DNA of 32,000 nucleotides from Acinetobacter wanghuae. Lineage in GTDB: Bacteria; Pseudomonadota; Gammaproteobacteria; Pseudomonadales; Moraxellaceae. Shown here in pieces: positions 20,416-29,530 of the stretch. The notes beneath the pieces were generated by a model. The model ran no database searches and was not told the DNA's origin. It saw nothing but the letters and a program-made list of their open reading frames with translations. How positions within the stretch are numbered: position 1 is the stretch's first letter; each line of letters opens with the position of its first letter. The translations under genes and the position numbers were made by a program. The DNA lies in assembly GCF_009557235.1 (NCBI RefSeq), contig NZ_CP045650.1:270001-302000 (forward strand), given 5' to 3'.

Positions 20416-21285
20416 ATGGATACACAAACACGATGGGTAAGCACGAGCGATCAGCAACGCTTATGTGTAAAAACCTTTGGTGATGAAAAAAATCCCGCTT
20501 TGGTATTGGTACATGGTTATCCCGATCATCAAGCCGTTTGGGAACCGATGCTAGAACATTTGACGCAGCATTATTTTGTGTTGACCTATGATGTCCGTGG
20601 TGCAGGAGAATCCTCTATTCCCAAGCGTATTCGTGATTATGCTTTGCCACGCTTAAGTCAAGATTTAGAAGAAGTCACTGAACAGGTATTAGGGGATCGA
20701 AGCTTTCATTTAGCAGCACATGATTGGGGATCGATCCAATCTTGGGAATCGGTCACAGAAGCGAAATTTCGCGGTAAAATTCTCTCTTACAGCACCATTT
20801 CAGGTCCATGCTTAGACCATGCAGCATTTTGGATGCGGAATCAGTTTAATCACAATAAAACCAAATTTTTAAAGCAATTGACCAAGTCTTGGTACATTGT
20901 GGTCTTTCAATTGCCCTTTTTAGCACCGACCGTATGGCGCTTCTTTAATGCTGAGCGTTGGGGACAAATTTTAAATAAAATTGAGCAACAGCCAGACTTG
21001 CCATTGAATCATGAGATTGCCCAAGATGGCCAACATGGTGTCAATTTATATCGTGCTAATTTTATTCCCCGCTTACTTAAACCGCGTCAACGCCATGCCA
21101 TTTGTCCAGTACAAGCCATTGTGTTAAAGCGTGATAATTTTGTCAGCCCTGAACTGATTGATGAAGTGCCGAAATGGGCGGAAGATTTTTCACAAGTGAC
21201 CCTTGATGCTAATCATTGGGCAGTCTTAAGTCAGCCTCAAAAAGTGGCAGATTTGATTCATCAGTTTATTCAAAAGCAGTCTTAA
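20416..21285 (+). CDS. Alpha/beta hydrolase, epoxide hydrolase/haloalkane dehalogenase-like
   Basis: HGYPD (HGxP oxyanion motif) and AHDWGS (Asp nucleophile elbow). I prefer ATG 20416 (SD aaagga 7 nt upstream) over the track start at 20347. Confidence 0.7.
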   Translation: MDTQTRWVSTSDQQRLCVKTFGDEKNPALVLVHGYPDHQAVWEPMLEHLTQHYFVLTYDVRGAGESSIPKRIRDYALPRLSQDLEEVTEQVLGDRSFHLAAHDWGSIQSWESVTEAKFRGKILSYSTISGPCLDHAAFWMRNQFNHNKTKFLKQLTKSWYIVVFQLPFLAPTVWRFFNAERWGQILNKIEQQPDLPLNHEIAQDGQHGVNLYRANFIPRLLKPRQRHAICPVQAIVLKRDNFVSPELIDEVPKWAEDFSQVTLDANHWAVLSQPQKVADLIHQFIQKQS

Positions 21286-21399
21286 TTTTTATACCCCTTT
21301 GTGGGTTTACAATCAAAGCGCTACAGGAACAGATAAGAACAGCTCAATAGAAAACAAACTCTGATAAAATAACTTTTTTTTCAGACTTGCCATTTTCTT

Positions 21400-22767
21400 A
21401 TGTTTGCTATTCTTGCCGCCATTGCAGTCATGTTTGGACTGTCCTTGGCTCGTGTTCCTGTGGTATTCGCATTGATTATTGGTGCAGTCGTAGGTGGTTT
21501 ATTGGCTGGCTTGGGCATCCACGGCACCATCGAAGCCTTTAATAGTGGTTTGGGGAATGGTGCTCAGATTGCTTTGGCTTATGGTGTATTAGGTGCGTTT
21601 GCGTTGGCTTTAGCCCGTTCAGGATTACCTGATTTATTGGCGTATAAGCTGATCCATAAACTTCAAGGCAACAGCGACCTTAAAGCCCAAAATCGTGTCA
21701 AATATGTCATTTTTGCGACTGTCGCACTTGCAGCAGTATGTTCGCAAAACGTGATTCCTGTGCATATTGCGTTTATTCCAGTCCTTATTCCGCCATTATT
21801 GAGCGTATTTAATCATTTAAAACTCGACCGTCGTTTAGTGGCATGTGTGCTTACATTCGGTTTGGTGGGTACATACATGTTGGTACCTTTTGGTTTTGGT
21901 GCTATTTTCCTGAATGATATTTTGGGTCAGAACATCAATACTTTCGGTAAGCCTTATGGTTTTAGTATTACCTATGACATGATTCCTCGTGCAATGGCAA
22001 TTCCTGTATTTGGGATGTTTATCGGTTTAATGGTGGCCATGTTTATTAGCTATCGTAAACCGCGTGAATATGCAGAAGTGCCTGTCAATGCAGCGGCACA
22101 TAGTATCTCAGGTGACATTAAAAGTGATGTAAACGGAAAGCCTGAAGTTGCACGTTTTACCTTGATTATGGCAGCGATCGCTGTGGTTGCGACACTTTCT
22201 GTACAAGTCATTTCAGATTCAATGATTCTTGCTGGTTTAGTGGGTGTTGCAATCTTAAGTTTTGCGGGCATTTTCAAATGGAAAGAAGCAGATGATGTGA
22301 TCATTAGCGGTATGCGGATGATGGCATTGGTTGGCTTTATCATGATTTCTGCGCAAGGTTTTGCTTCTGTCATTGAAGCGACCAATCAAGTGCCTGAGTT
22401 GGTCAAAGCCTCTGTGGAATGGATTGGTAATAGCCAAGGTTTAGCTGCATTTTGGATGTTGTTGATCGGTCTACTGATTACTTTAGGGATTGGTTCTTCA
22501 TTCTCAACTGTGCCGATTTTAGCCATCATTTATGTGCCACTTTGCTTGCAGTTTGGCTTTAGTCCTGCCGCAACTATTGCATTAATTGGTACCGCAGCTG
22601 CACTCGGTGATGCAGGTTCTCCAGCGTCAGATTCAACCTTGGGTCCAACATCTGGTTTGAATATGGATGGTCAACATGATCATATGAAAGACAGTGTCGT
22701 TCCGACCTTTATTCACTATAACATTCCATTAATGATCTTTGGTTGGATTGCTGCAATGGTACTTTAA
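21400..22767 (+). CDS. Na+/H+ antiporter-family membrane transporter, YuiF-like (putative amino-acid transporter)
   Basis: 455 aa and polytopic. QNVIPVHIAFIPVLIPPLL and GDAGSPASDSTLGPTSGL...YNIPLMIFGWIAAMVL closely resemble B. subtilis YuiF as I recall it. No clear SD at the start. Confidence 0.6.
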   Translation: MFAILAAIAVMFGLSLARVPVVFALIIGAVVGGLLAGLGIHGTIEAFNSGLGNGAQIALAYGVLGAFALALARSGLPDLLAYKLIHKLQGNSDLKAQNRVKYVIFATVALAAVCSQNVIPVHIAFIPVLIPPLLSVFNHLKLDRRLVACVLTFGLVGTYMLVPFGFGAIFLNDILGQNINTFGKPYGFSITYDMIPRAMAIPVFGMFIGLMVAMFISYRKPREYAEVPVNAAAHSISGDIKSDVNGKPEVARFTLIMAAIAVVATLSVQVISDSMILAGLVGVAILSFAGIFKWKEADDVIISGMRMMALVGFIMISAQGFASVIEATNQVPELVKASVEWIGNSQGLAAFWMLLIGLLITLGIGSSFSTVPILAIIYVPLCLQFGFSPAATIALIGTAAALGDAGSPASDSTLGPTSGLNMDGQHDHMKDSVVPTFIHYNIPLMIFGWIAAMVL

Positions 22768-22850
22768 TTGTAAATTGAGTCACATTTAAAATAAATTGTG
22801 AATATTAATTCAGACTAAAATCGTTGGAAATATAATAATAAATATTAATC

Positions 22851-22882
22851 AATTTGGTGGGTTTTTAAAAACCCACCAAATT
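22851..22882. repeat. Perfect 32-nt palindrome (terminator-like) downstream of the transporter gene
   Basis: aatttggtgggttttt | aaaaacccaccaaatt, exact reverse complement. It sits in a very AT-rich 247-nt spacer. Confidence 0.6.
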
Positions 22883-23014
22883 ACTCAAGTTAAAATAAAA
22901 ATTATTTAATATTAATATCTTATAAAATAATAACAATTCAATGCATATAATGATATTGCATAATTTAAATACTCATGTTTATTATTTATATATTCATTCC
23001 AGAGGGGTATTAAA

Positions 23015-23635
23015 ATGTTAAAACAATTCGCGCTTATCGGTTTAATGGGGCTTTCAGTTTCTGCAATGGCAGGTCAATGGCAAGTTAAAGTCGGTGGCTC
23101 TGTTGTATCACCTACAGGATCAACATCAGTAGGTGATTTAGGTGGTCTGAAGGTCGAAGCTGAAGATGAATTAGCGTTTACTCCATCTGTTGAATACTTC
23201 TTTAATGACAATATCTCTGCTGAAGTTTTATTAGCAGCACCGATTAACCATGATGTTTCAGCAGCTGGTTTAGGTGAAGTTGTTCGTATTAAGCATCTTC
23301 CACCAACGATTACTGCGAAATATCACTTCAAAAATGCATCACGCTTTACACCATATATTGGTGTTGGTGGTACAGCATTTGTTGCTTGGGATGAACGCAG
23401 CAAGGGTGAATTGGCTGGTACTGATGTAGATGTGGGTGAGTCGTATGGTTTTGCAGGTCAAATAGGTTTTAATTTCCAACCAGCGGATGCTAAGAACTGG
23501 GGTGTTTATTTTGATGCACGTTATGCACAAATCAGTCCTGAAGTGAAATTATCAGATGCAGATGGCACATTCGCTAAATTTGATCTAGATATTGATCCAA
23601 TGGTTTATACACTAGGTTATAGCTATAAATTCTAA
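23015..23635 (+). CDS. ompW: Outer membrane protein W
   Basis: 206 aa with signal peptide ...SVSAMA. OmpW blocks are ISAEVLLAAP, HLPPTITAKYHF, FTPYIGVGG and a C-terminal YTLGYSYKF. Confidence 0.88.
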   Translation: MLKQFALIGLMGLSVSAMAGQWQVKVGGSVVSPTGSTSVGDLGGLKVEAEDELAFTPSVEYFFNDNISAEVLLAAPINHDVSAAGLGEVVRIKHLPPTITAKYHFKNASRFTPYIGVGGTAFVAWDERSKGELAGTDVDVGESYGFAGQIGFNFQPADAKNWGVYFDARYAQISPEVKLSDADGTFAKFDLDIDPMVYTLGYSYKF

Positions 23636-23651
23636 GAATAAGCAAAGAAGA

Positions 23652-23678
23652 AGCCTCATCTAATGATGGGGCTTTTTT
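23652..23678 (+). terminator. Rho-independent terminator after ompW
   Basis: Stem agcctcatc / gatggggct (one G-U pair), loop taat, then TTTTTT. Confidence 0.75.
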
Positions 23679-23804
23679 ATTATTTGCAAAAGAACAACGA
23701 TTTATAACGAATAAAAATTGAGCTATTTAGCAATATTCAAATATATTGAATCGGTTAGAGTAGTATTCATTTGACCATTAATTAAAAAATCAGGAAGATC
23801 GACA

Positions 23805-24149
23805 ATGCAATACCTTATCAAAAGTCTCTTGATCTTCGTGAGTGTGTTTAGTGTACAGAGTTATGCAGCGAGTTTTGATTGTAAAAAGCAGCTAAGTGTG
23901 ACGGAACAAGCTATATGCAAAAACGTCAGTCTCAATGATGCTGATGTGAAAATGACGACAACTTATAATATTTTACGTCGATTAGTACCAATGGGGACAC
24001 GTTCAGTGATTCAGGATGAACAAGTCAAATGGTTACAGTTTAGAGACCGCTGTAATGACTCTTTTGAATGTCTAGAGCAGGTTTATCAAATGCGTCAGCA
24101 AAAATTGAATTTGCATTTGGATCGCGTTTATCGCAATGGACCCTATTGA
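23805..24149 (+). CDS. DUF1311 (LprI-like lysozyme-inhibitor family) secreted protein
   Basis: 114 aa with signal peptide ...SVQSYA. Pattern FDC....S..E..IC....L...D..M...Y......QVKWLQFRDRC with four Cys. Confidence 0.6.
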   Translation: MQYLIKSLLIFVSVFSVQSYAASFDCKKQLSVTEQAICKNVSLNDADVKMTTTYNILRRLVPMGTRSVIQDEQVKWLQFRDRCNDSFECLEQVYQMRQQKLNLHLDRVYRNGPY

Positions 24150-24189
24150 TATTTTTTGATCAAAATCAAAGAAAAATAAAACAAAGGCA

Positions 24190-24216
24190 TTGAAAATAGC
24201 CCAACTCACTCCATTC
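24190..24216 (+). promoter_or_regulatory. Candidate sigma-32 heat-shock promoter of htpG
   Basis: TTGAAA (24190-24195), 13-nt spacer, CTCCATTC (24209-24216). The consensus is CTTGAAA-N13-15-CCCCATNT. It lies 50 nt upstream of the htpG ATG. Confidence 0.5.
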
Positions 24217-24265
24217 ATATAGACAACAGTCATCATCTGTTTCTTAAAAATGAAAGGAGTGATTA

Positions 24266-26185
24266 ATGAGCGAGTTAAGCGCACAAAAACATAGTTTTCA
24301 AGCTGAAGTGGCACAGTTATTACATTTAGTGACCCATTCTCTTTATTCCAACCCTGAAATTTTTCTTCGGGAACTGATTTCGAATGCTTCGGATGCCTGC
24401 GATAAACTTCGTTTTGAAGGGATTAACCATCCTGAATATTACGAAAATGATCCAGATTTGCATGTGCGTGTTCATTTTAATAAAGACAATAAAACACTCA
24501 CCATTTCAGATAATGGTATTGGTTTAAGCCAGCAAGAGGCGATTGATAATTTAGGGACGATTGCCAAATCGGGTACCAAAGACTTTATGTCAAAACTGAC
24601 GGGTGATCAAAAATCTGATGCCCAGTTGATTGGTCAATTTGGTGTAGGTTTCTATTCAGGTTTTATTGTTGCTGAAAAAATTACCGTTGAATCACGCCGT
24701 GCAGGTTCGGAGCAGAGCGAAGGTGTACGTTGGATCAGTGCCGGAACAGGTGAATTTGAAGTTGAGCAAATCAACAAAGAAAGCCGTGGTACGGACATTA
24801 TCTTGCATTTGCGTGAAGATGCTCTTGAATACTTAGAAAGCTATAAAGTTAAGCAAATTATTAATAAATATTCAGACCATATTAGCTTGCCGATTGAAAT
24901 GCAAAAAGAAGTTTGGCAAGAAGATGAAGCTGCTGAAGGCGAAGAGCCTAAAGGCGGTCAATATGTCAAAACGGATGAGTGGGAAGCGATCAACTCTGCA
25001 AGTGCACTATGGACCCGCAGCAAGTCTGAAATTACCGATGAGCAATATACTGAGTTTTATAAAAACCTCAGTCATGATTTTGCAGCACCTCTCGCTTGGG
25101 CGCATAACCGCGTAGAGGGCAGCACTGAATATACACAACTGCTTTATATTCCAAGTAAAGCACCGCATGATTTATTTACTCGCGAATCAAAAGCGGGCAT
25201 TAAACTGTATGTGAAACGTGTCTTTATTATGGATGATGCAGATAATCTGATTCCAAATTATCTCCGTTTCGTACAAGGCGTCGTGGACAGTGCCGATTTA
25301 CCACTGAATGTGAGTCGTGAATTGCTGCAAGAAAGCCGCGATGTGAAAACCATTCGTGAAGGCAATACGCGCCGTATTTTAACGGTACTTGATGGCTTGG
25401 CAAAATCGGAAGATGCTGCAGATCAAGAGAAATTTAAAACCTTCTATAGCGAGTTTGGTTCAGTTCTAAAAGAAGGTTTAGGTGAAGACTTTGGCAACCG
25501 TGAACGAATCTTAAAACTGCTTCGTTATGCGACATCAAATAATGATGAGATCTCAACATCATTGGTTGACTACAAAGCACGTATGAAAGAAGGGCAGAAA
25601 GCGATTTATTTCGTGACTGCTGACAGCCTAAATGCAGCGAAAAACTCACCTCAGCTTGAAGTCTTTAAGAAAAAAGGCATCGAAGTCTTGTTAATGAGTG
25701 AGCGTGTCGACGAATGGGCAATGAATTTTGTGCATGAGTTTGATGGTACACCACTGCAAAATGTCTCAAAGGGTGCCGTTGATTTAGGTGATTTGCAAGA
25801 CGCTGAAGAGAAAAAAGCCTTAGAAGTGGCTGCTGAACAGTTTAAGCCAGTGGTCGATCAACTCTCTGAAGCATTGAAAGAGAAAACCAAAGAGGTGCGT
25901 GTAACGACACGTTTGGTCGATTCACCTGCATGTTTAGTGACAGGTGAGGGCGAGCTTTCGCCACAATTGATTCGTATGCTGAAAGATGCGGGTCAACCTG
26001 TACCTGATATGAAGCCAATTTTGGAAATCAATCCAGAACATCCTTTGGTACAAAAACTAGAGGGCTCGGCTCAGTTTGATGATTTGGCGAATGTCATTTT
26101 TGATCAAGCCTTGATTGCAGAGGGTGGTTTGCCAGAAGATCCTGCGGCTTATATCAAACGCATTAATAGTTTGTTATTGAAATAA
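24266..26185 (+). CDS. htpG: Molecular chaperone HtpG (Hsp90)
   Basis: 639 aa. [48 protein letters not shown] and LNVSRELLQ are canonical Hsp90 motifs. SD aaggag. Confidence 0.97.
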   Translation: MSELSAQKHSFQAEVAQLLHLVTHSLYSNPEIFLRELISNASDACDKLRFEGINHPEYYENDPDLHVRVHFNKDNKTLTISDNGIGLSQQEAIDNLGTIAKSGTKDFMSKLTGDQKSDAQLIGQFGVGFYSGFIVAEKITVESRRAGSEQSEGVRWISAGTGEFEVEQINKESRGTDIILHLREDALEYLESYKVKQIINKYSDHISLPIEMQKEVWQEDEAAEGEEPKGGQYVKTDEWEAINSASALWTRSKSEITDEQYTEFYKNLSHDFAAPLAWAHNRVEGSTEYTQLLYIPSKAPHDLFTRESKAGIKLYVKRVFIMDDADNLIPNYLRFVQGVVDSADLPLNVSRELLQESRDVKTIREGNTRRILTVLDGLAKSEDAADQEKFKTFYSEFGSVLKEGLGEDFGNRERILKLLRYATSNNDEISTSLVDYKARMKEGQKAIYFVTADSLNAAKNSPQLEVFKKKGIEVLLMSERVDEWAMNFVHEFDGTPLQNVSKGAVDLGDLQDAEEKKALEVAAEQFKPVVDQLSEALKEKTKEVRVTTRLVDSPACLVTGEGELSPQLIRMLKDAGQPVPDMKPILEINPEHPLVQKLEGSAQFDDLANVIFDQALIAEGGLPEDPAAYIKRINSLLLK

Positions 26186-26193
26186 GCAAAGCT

Positions 26194-26229
26194 ACGTAAA
26201 AAAGCCCTCATTGGAGAGCTTTTTTACGT
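26194..26229. terminator. Bidirectional terminator between htpG and the convergent OMP gene
   Basis: acgtaaaaaagccctc / gagagcttttttacgt form a 16-bp stem with one mismatch and loop attg. A- and T-runs lie within the arms. Confidence 0.75.
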
Positions 26230-26263
26230 CATAGAGTAAATAGAGCTGACAGTTTGTGTGGCG

Positions 26264-27376
26264 TTAGAATCGGGCTTCTAAACGTACTAAGCCACCGACA
26301 TAATGACTGCGATCTAAGCGTTCATCATTTAAATAATTCAGGTCAGTCTGAACAAAGAACCACTCTCTTAAGAAAGGTTGTCGCCACGAGACATAAGGTC
26401 CCCAACGGTTCAATTTCAGTTTGTCATCATTCAAATAGCCGCCAGTATACAGCCCATAGCTAAACCGATTATTCTGAAAGAATTGATGCTGTCTAAAGCT
26501 ATAGTTGTCCCAAGTTAAATCATCTGTTTGCTGATCGGCATAGGTCAAACTGAGTTGATTTGAAATGAAAGCTTGGTTCGGACGTGCATGGGTGAGTTCT
26601 AAATTGGTACGCAAATAATGTTCACTTTCTATGCCGTAACGATAAATTTGTTCAGCACGGAAAAAATAGTCATTTTGCAGAGCCCAGTCTTTGCTGGCTT
26701 TTAGGCGTAGATAAATATCATCGCCTGAGCGTAAACCTAAGTCGAGGTCAGTTTCAAAAGGAATGCGGTCTGACCACTCTGACCAACGTAAGGCAAAGGA
26801 GCTGTTATCTTCCCGTGCACGTTTCGTGTCGAGCCGTTTATCATTATTCGATGCTGGATTTTCATCTGTAATCGCGATATTGCCTTCGAGTTCATTATCG
26901 AGACTGTCATCACCAAACACTAAGCTGAGCTTTTGTTCTAGCGTGGGCAGTTTGATCCGACCGCGGATGCGAGGTTTGATCTCGTAGCCATTATATTCAT
27001 CCCAACGACTGTCTAAAATGACGCGCAATGTCGCACTTGCAGGTTGCTCAGGGTCTGCTTGACCAAACCAATTGTCAATTTTATACGCTGTACGATCCGT
27101 CCATTCCCGAATATTTTTTTGTTTCTGATCCGTCCACGAACGATCTTCTGTTTCTTGGGTGGGCGGTACAATTGGGTGATCAGATTGTTCGGGTAAGATG
27201 GTCGGCGTGGCATCGATCAAACGTGGAATGTGATCAAGTATATTTGAATCATTGGAGTGATGCTCGCTAAGCACTTCAGATTCAGTATCCGCAGCTATGT
27301 CAGCATATACTGTGGGCGTTAAACACGTACTACTTACACTGATCAAAGCGACATGAATAAAAAGTCGATGTTTCAC
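26264..27376 (-). CDS. Predicted outer-membrane beta-barrel protein, family not recognised
   Basis: 370 aa with a GTG start. Signal peptide MKHRLFIHVALISVSSTCLTPTVYA. An acidic/Pro-rich ~75-aa N-terminal region follows. The rest has alternating aromatic/polar strands rich in Y, W, R and D. The C-terminus ...GGLVRLEARF ends in a terminal Phe. Confidence 0.6.
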   Translation of the reverse strand: MKHRLFIHVALISVSSTCLTPTVYADIAADTESEVLSEHHSNDSNILDHIPRLIDATPTILPEQSDHPIVPPTQETEDRSWTDQKQKNIREWTDRTAYKIDNWFGQADPEQPASATLRVILDSRWDEYNGYEIKPRIRGRIKLPTLEQKLSLVFGDDSLDNELEGNIAITDENPASNNDKRLDTKRAREDNSSFALRWSEWSDRIPFETDLDLGLRSGDDIYLRLKASKDWALQNDYFFRAEQIYRYGIESEHYLRTNLELTHARPNQAFISNQLSLTYADQQTDDLTWDNYSFRQHQFFQNNRFSYGLYTGGYLNDDKLKLNRWGPYVSWRQPFLREWFFVQTDLNYLNDERLDRSHYVGGLVRLEARF

Positions 27377-27468
27377 GGCGAATGATGTCTCATTTATTAT
27401 GATGATTACATGGAGTATTTAAATATTCATGTGAATAAATCAAGCAAAAGCTACAAAAAGAACACTAA

Positions 27469-28896
27469 TTAATCAGTAGCTTGGCGTGTAAGTGCATCAT
27501 ATAGATCATAAACAGAAATCGGTTTAGGCATGTTGCTGATTAAAGAATGTATTGTTTGCCAGCTTAAGGTTTTATCCCGTTGCACGATTAAATATGGATA
27601 ACAGGATTCATTGGGTTGCAAAGCTAAGCGATTTTTACCGTGAATTAAACGTAACTTTTGTCGTTCTTGTAATAATAAAATTGGCGCTGATCGATTAGCA
27701 GTTGCTTCCTCAAATAACATATATTTTTGCGTACTCAATAAACTCGCGGGCATATAAGGATAATAAGAAGCGTGCTGCCAAAGCGGTTCAGCGTCATATT
27801 GATAGCACTCAAATAAGGATGTAAGACTATTCAATTTGCTTTCTAGTTTATCCCATGCAATATGCTTGATTGAGATCACATACTGATTTTGTTGTTGGCT
27901 CAACGCATGAATCGTGTGTTGTGCATGTTCGGCATCAAGTGCCCCAATAAGCACCATATAACCCTTAAATTCCCCTCGAGCATTAAGCTGTTCAGCCAGA
28001 TAAACAGGACGTGTTTGCCAGTCATCCTCGTGAATGAAATTCAGAAAGACATCTACATGAAATGCTGTGTTTTCAAGATGGGCAAGATCAATGCGATAGA
28101 GAGAAGTCTCTTCATTTTCAAAGCATATATCTTCAGAGATCATGCCTTTAATTGTACCAAATTGCACATTTTGAGGTGGGCATAGTTTTACAATGTGCTG
28201 CTTTTCATCGTTAGAAATCCGCTCTTCAGTATTCTGGTTTTGATCTAAAGATATAGCTTTAATATCATCGATTTTATCTTTTGTTGCTTCGTCAGGCTGT
28301 GTAGAAACGATTTCTGTATTAAGAAGAATATCTGCTGAGGATATTTCAATATTTACATCTGTACTCAGCTGAGAAACACTCGATATTTCAACTTCGGCAT
28401 CATCTAAGGATAGAACTACAGCAGATGCTTTAAGTGCTGCATCTGTTTTTAAGCACGATGCCTGTCGTTGTTCTTGTAATAGCCAATGATAACTTTGCTC
28501 AATATCCGTCCATTCACTAATTAAAGCGGTACGGTTTGGCGCAGGGATCAGCCAGATTTGCCAGCCACGTTTTTGATCGAACAAAAATGCCCAACCAGAA
28601 TCAGGATATAAATACAGTGCTTTTTCTAAATCATATTCGTCTAAGAAAAAACCACGAAAACTTAAAGCATAGATGCTGTCTGCAACAAATTCATAAGCAG
28701 CGACCTCGGGTTGGGTCAGCGTTTTGAACGCTAAATTTTGTTTTTTAAAAATAGGTTCATTGCAGGATTCAAAAATATCCCCGATACGTTTTTTACATCG
28801 TGCAACGTCATACAAACTTAAGTTCCGTTGTTCAAGTTGCTGACCAAGCTCGCGTAATTCTTGAATTAATTTTGCCTTTTTTAAAGCATTGATCAT
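27469..28896 (-). CDS. Hypothetical 475-aa cytoplasmic protein, no family recognised
   Basis: Long ORF with SD aagag upstream of the ATG. No signal peptide. Predicted helical N-terminus, a Trp-rich domain (GWAFLFDQKRGWQIWLIPAP), an acidic low-complexity linker (~aa 165-235) and a C-terminal domain. Confidence 0.6.
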   Translation of the reverse strand: MINALKKAKLIQELRELGQQLEQRNLSLYDVARCKKRIGDIFESCNEPIFKKQNLAFKTLTQPEVAAYEFVADSIYALSFRGFFLDEYDLEKALYLYPDSGWAFLFDQKRGWQIWLIPAPNRTALISEWTDIEQSYHWLLQEQRQASCLKTDAALKASAVVLSLDDAEVEISSVSQLSTDVNIEISSADILLNTEIVSTQPDEATKDKIDDIKAISLDQNQNTEERISNDEKQHIVKLCPPQNVQFGTIKGMISEDICFENEETSLYRIDLAHLENTAFHVDVFLNFIHEDDWQTRPVYLAEQLNARGEFKGYMVLIGALDAEHAQHTIHALSQQQNQYVISIKHIAWDKLESKLNSLTSLFECYQYDAEPLWQHASYYPYMPASLLSTQKYMLFEEATANRSAPILLLQERQKLRLIHGKNRLALQPNESCYPYLIVQRDKTLSWQTIHSLISNMPKPISVYDLYDALTRQATD

Positions 28897-28906
28897 GTAA
28901 AGGCTC

Positions 28907-29092
28907 TTATAAATATTTGAGGGCTTTTTCGAGTGCCGAGGCTAAAATAATATTGGTCGCAAGATTAATTAATTTATATTCAGCAGAATGGGGATCGGGA
29001 TATTGTTCTGCCAGTTGAATTAAATGCTCAATCTGAATCGCATGTGGCGGAATTTTGCCTTGGATTAATGCTTGAAGTTCATTCATGCTCAA
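28907..29092 (-). CDS. Hypothetical small (59-61 aa) helical protein, 10 nt upstream of the 475-aa gene
   Basis: The track start at 29092 is a TTG. An ATG two codons in, at 29086, is equally plausible. No SD is convincing. Coding status rests on ORF length and the tight spacing to the downstream gene. Confidence 0.4.
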   Translation of the reverse strand: MSMNELQALIQGKIPPHAIQIEHLIQLAEQYPDPHSAEYKLINLATNIILASALEKALKYL

Positions 29093-29283
29093 TTAGCTAT
29101 AATTAAAAGATTATTATTGATTGAATTATAGGCAAGAAATTTTATAAAAAGCGACTATTTTTTATCGCTAAAATTGCAATATGTTGATGAAAATAGTGAG
29201 GCATTTAAACTATAAGATGAGTGCTCTTAGATTAGATATAAGCTCATAAAAAAAACCGAATACTTAGTCGATAAATAACTGGC

Positions 29284-29314
29284 AAAAAAAATAGGCTGAA
29301 TAAATCAGCCTATT
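29284..29314 (-). terminator. Rho-independent terminator of the small secreted-peptide gene
   Basis: Perfect 10-bp stem aataggctga / tcagcctatt with a 5-nt loop. On the minus strand a T-run follows it (plus-strand A-run 29284-29289). Confidence 0.8.
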
Positions 29315-29332
29315 TGGGAGAGAAACGGAAAA

Positions 29333-29509
29333 TTAAGCCGCTTTTTTAGCCTCTGCTTCTACAGTTTCAGTACTTGCAGTATCAACAGCAGGTGCTTGAA
29401 CAGTTTGTGATTTAGTTGCAGGGAATTCTGGAATATAAACAATTTGAGCTGTCGCAGTCACAGAAAAAGCCATAACAGTTGCAGCTAAAGCAAATTTAAT
29501 CGCGTTCAT
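29333..29509 (-). CDS. Small secreted protein, 58 aa (not in the ORF track)
   Basis: Minus-strand ATG at 29509 with SD gaagg 8 nt upstream and stop TAA at 29333-29335. Translation: MNAIKFALAATVMAFSVTATAQIVYIPEFPATKSQTVQAPAVDTASTETVEAEAKKAA. It has a classic signal peptide (cleavage likely after ATA) and its own terminator. Confidence 0.65.
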   Translation of the reverse strand: MNAIKFALAATVMAFSVTATAQIVYIPEFPATKSQTVQAPAVDTASTETVEAEAKKAA

Positions 29510-29530
29510 AAGATGACCTTCTAAAGCTAT

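Noticed and set aside
29093-29283. Looked for the promoter of the 61-aa/475-aa genes; a perfect minus-strand TATAAT lies at 29125-29130
   Set aside because: There is no acceptable -35 element at 16-18 nt, and the region is so AT-rich that an isolated TATAAT is not meaningful evidence.
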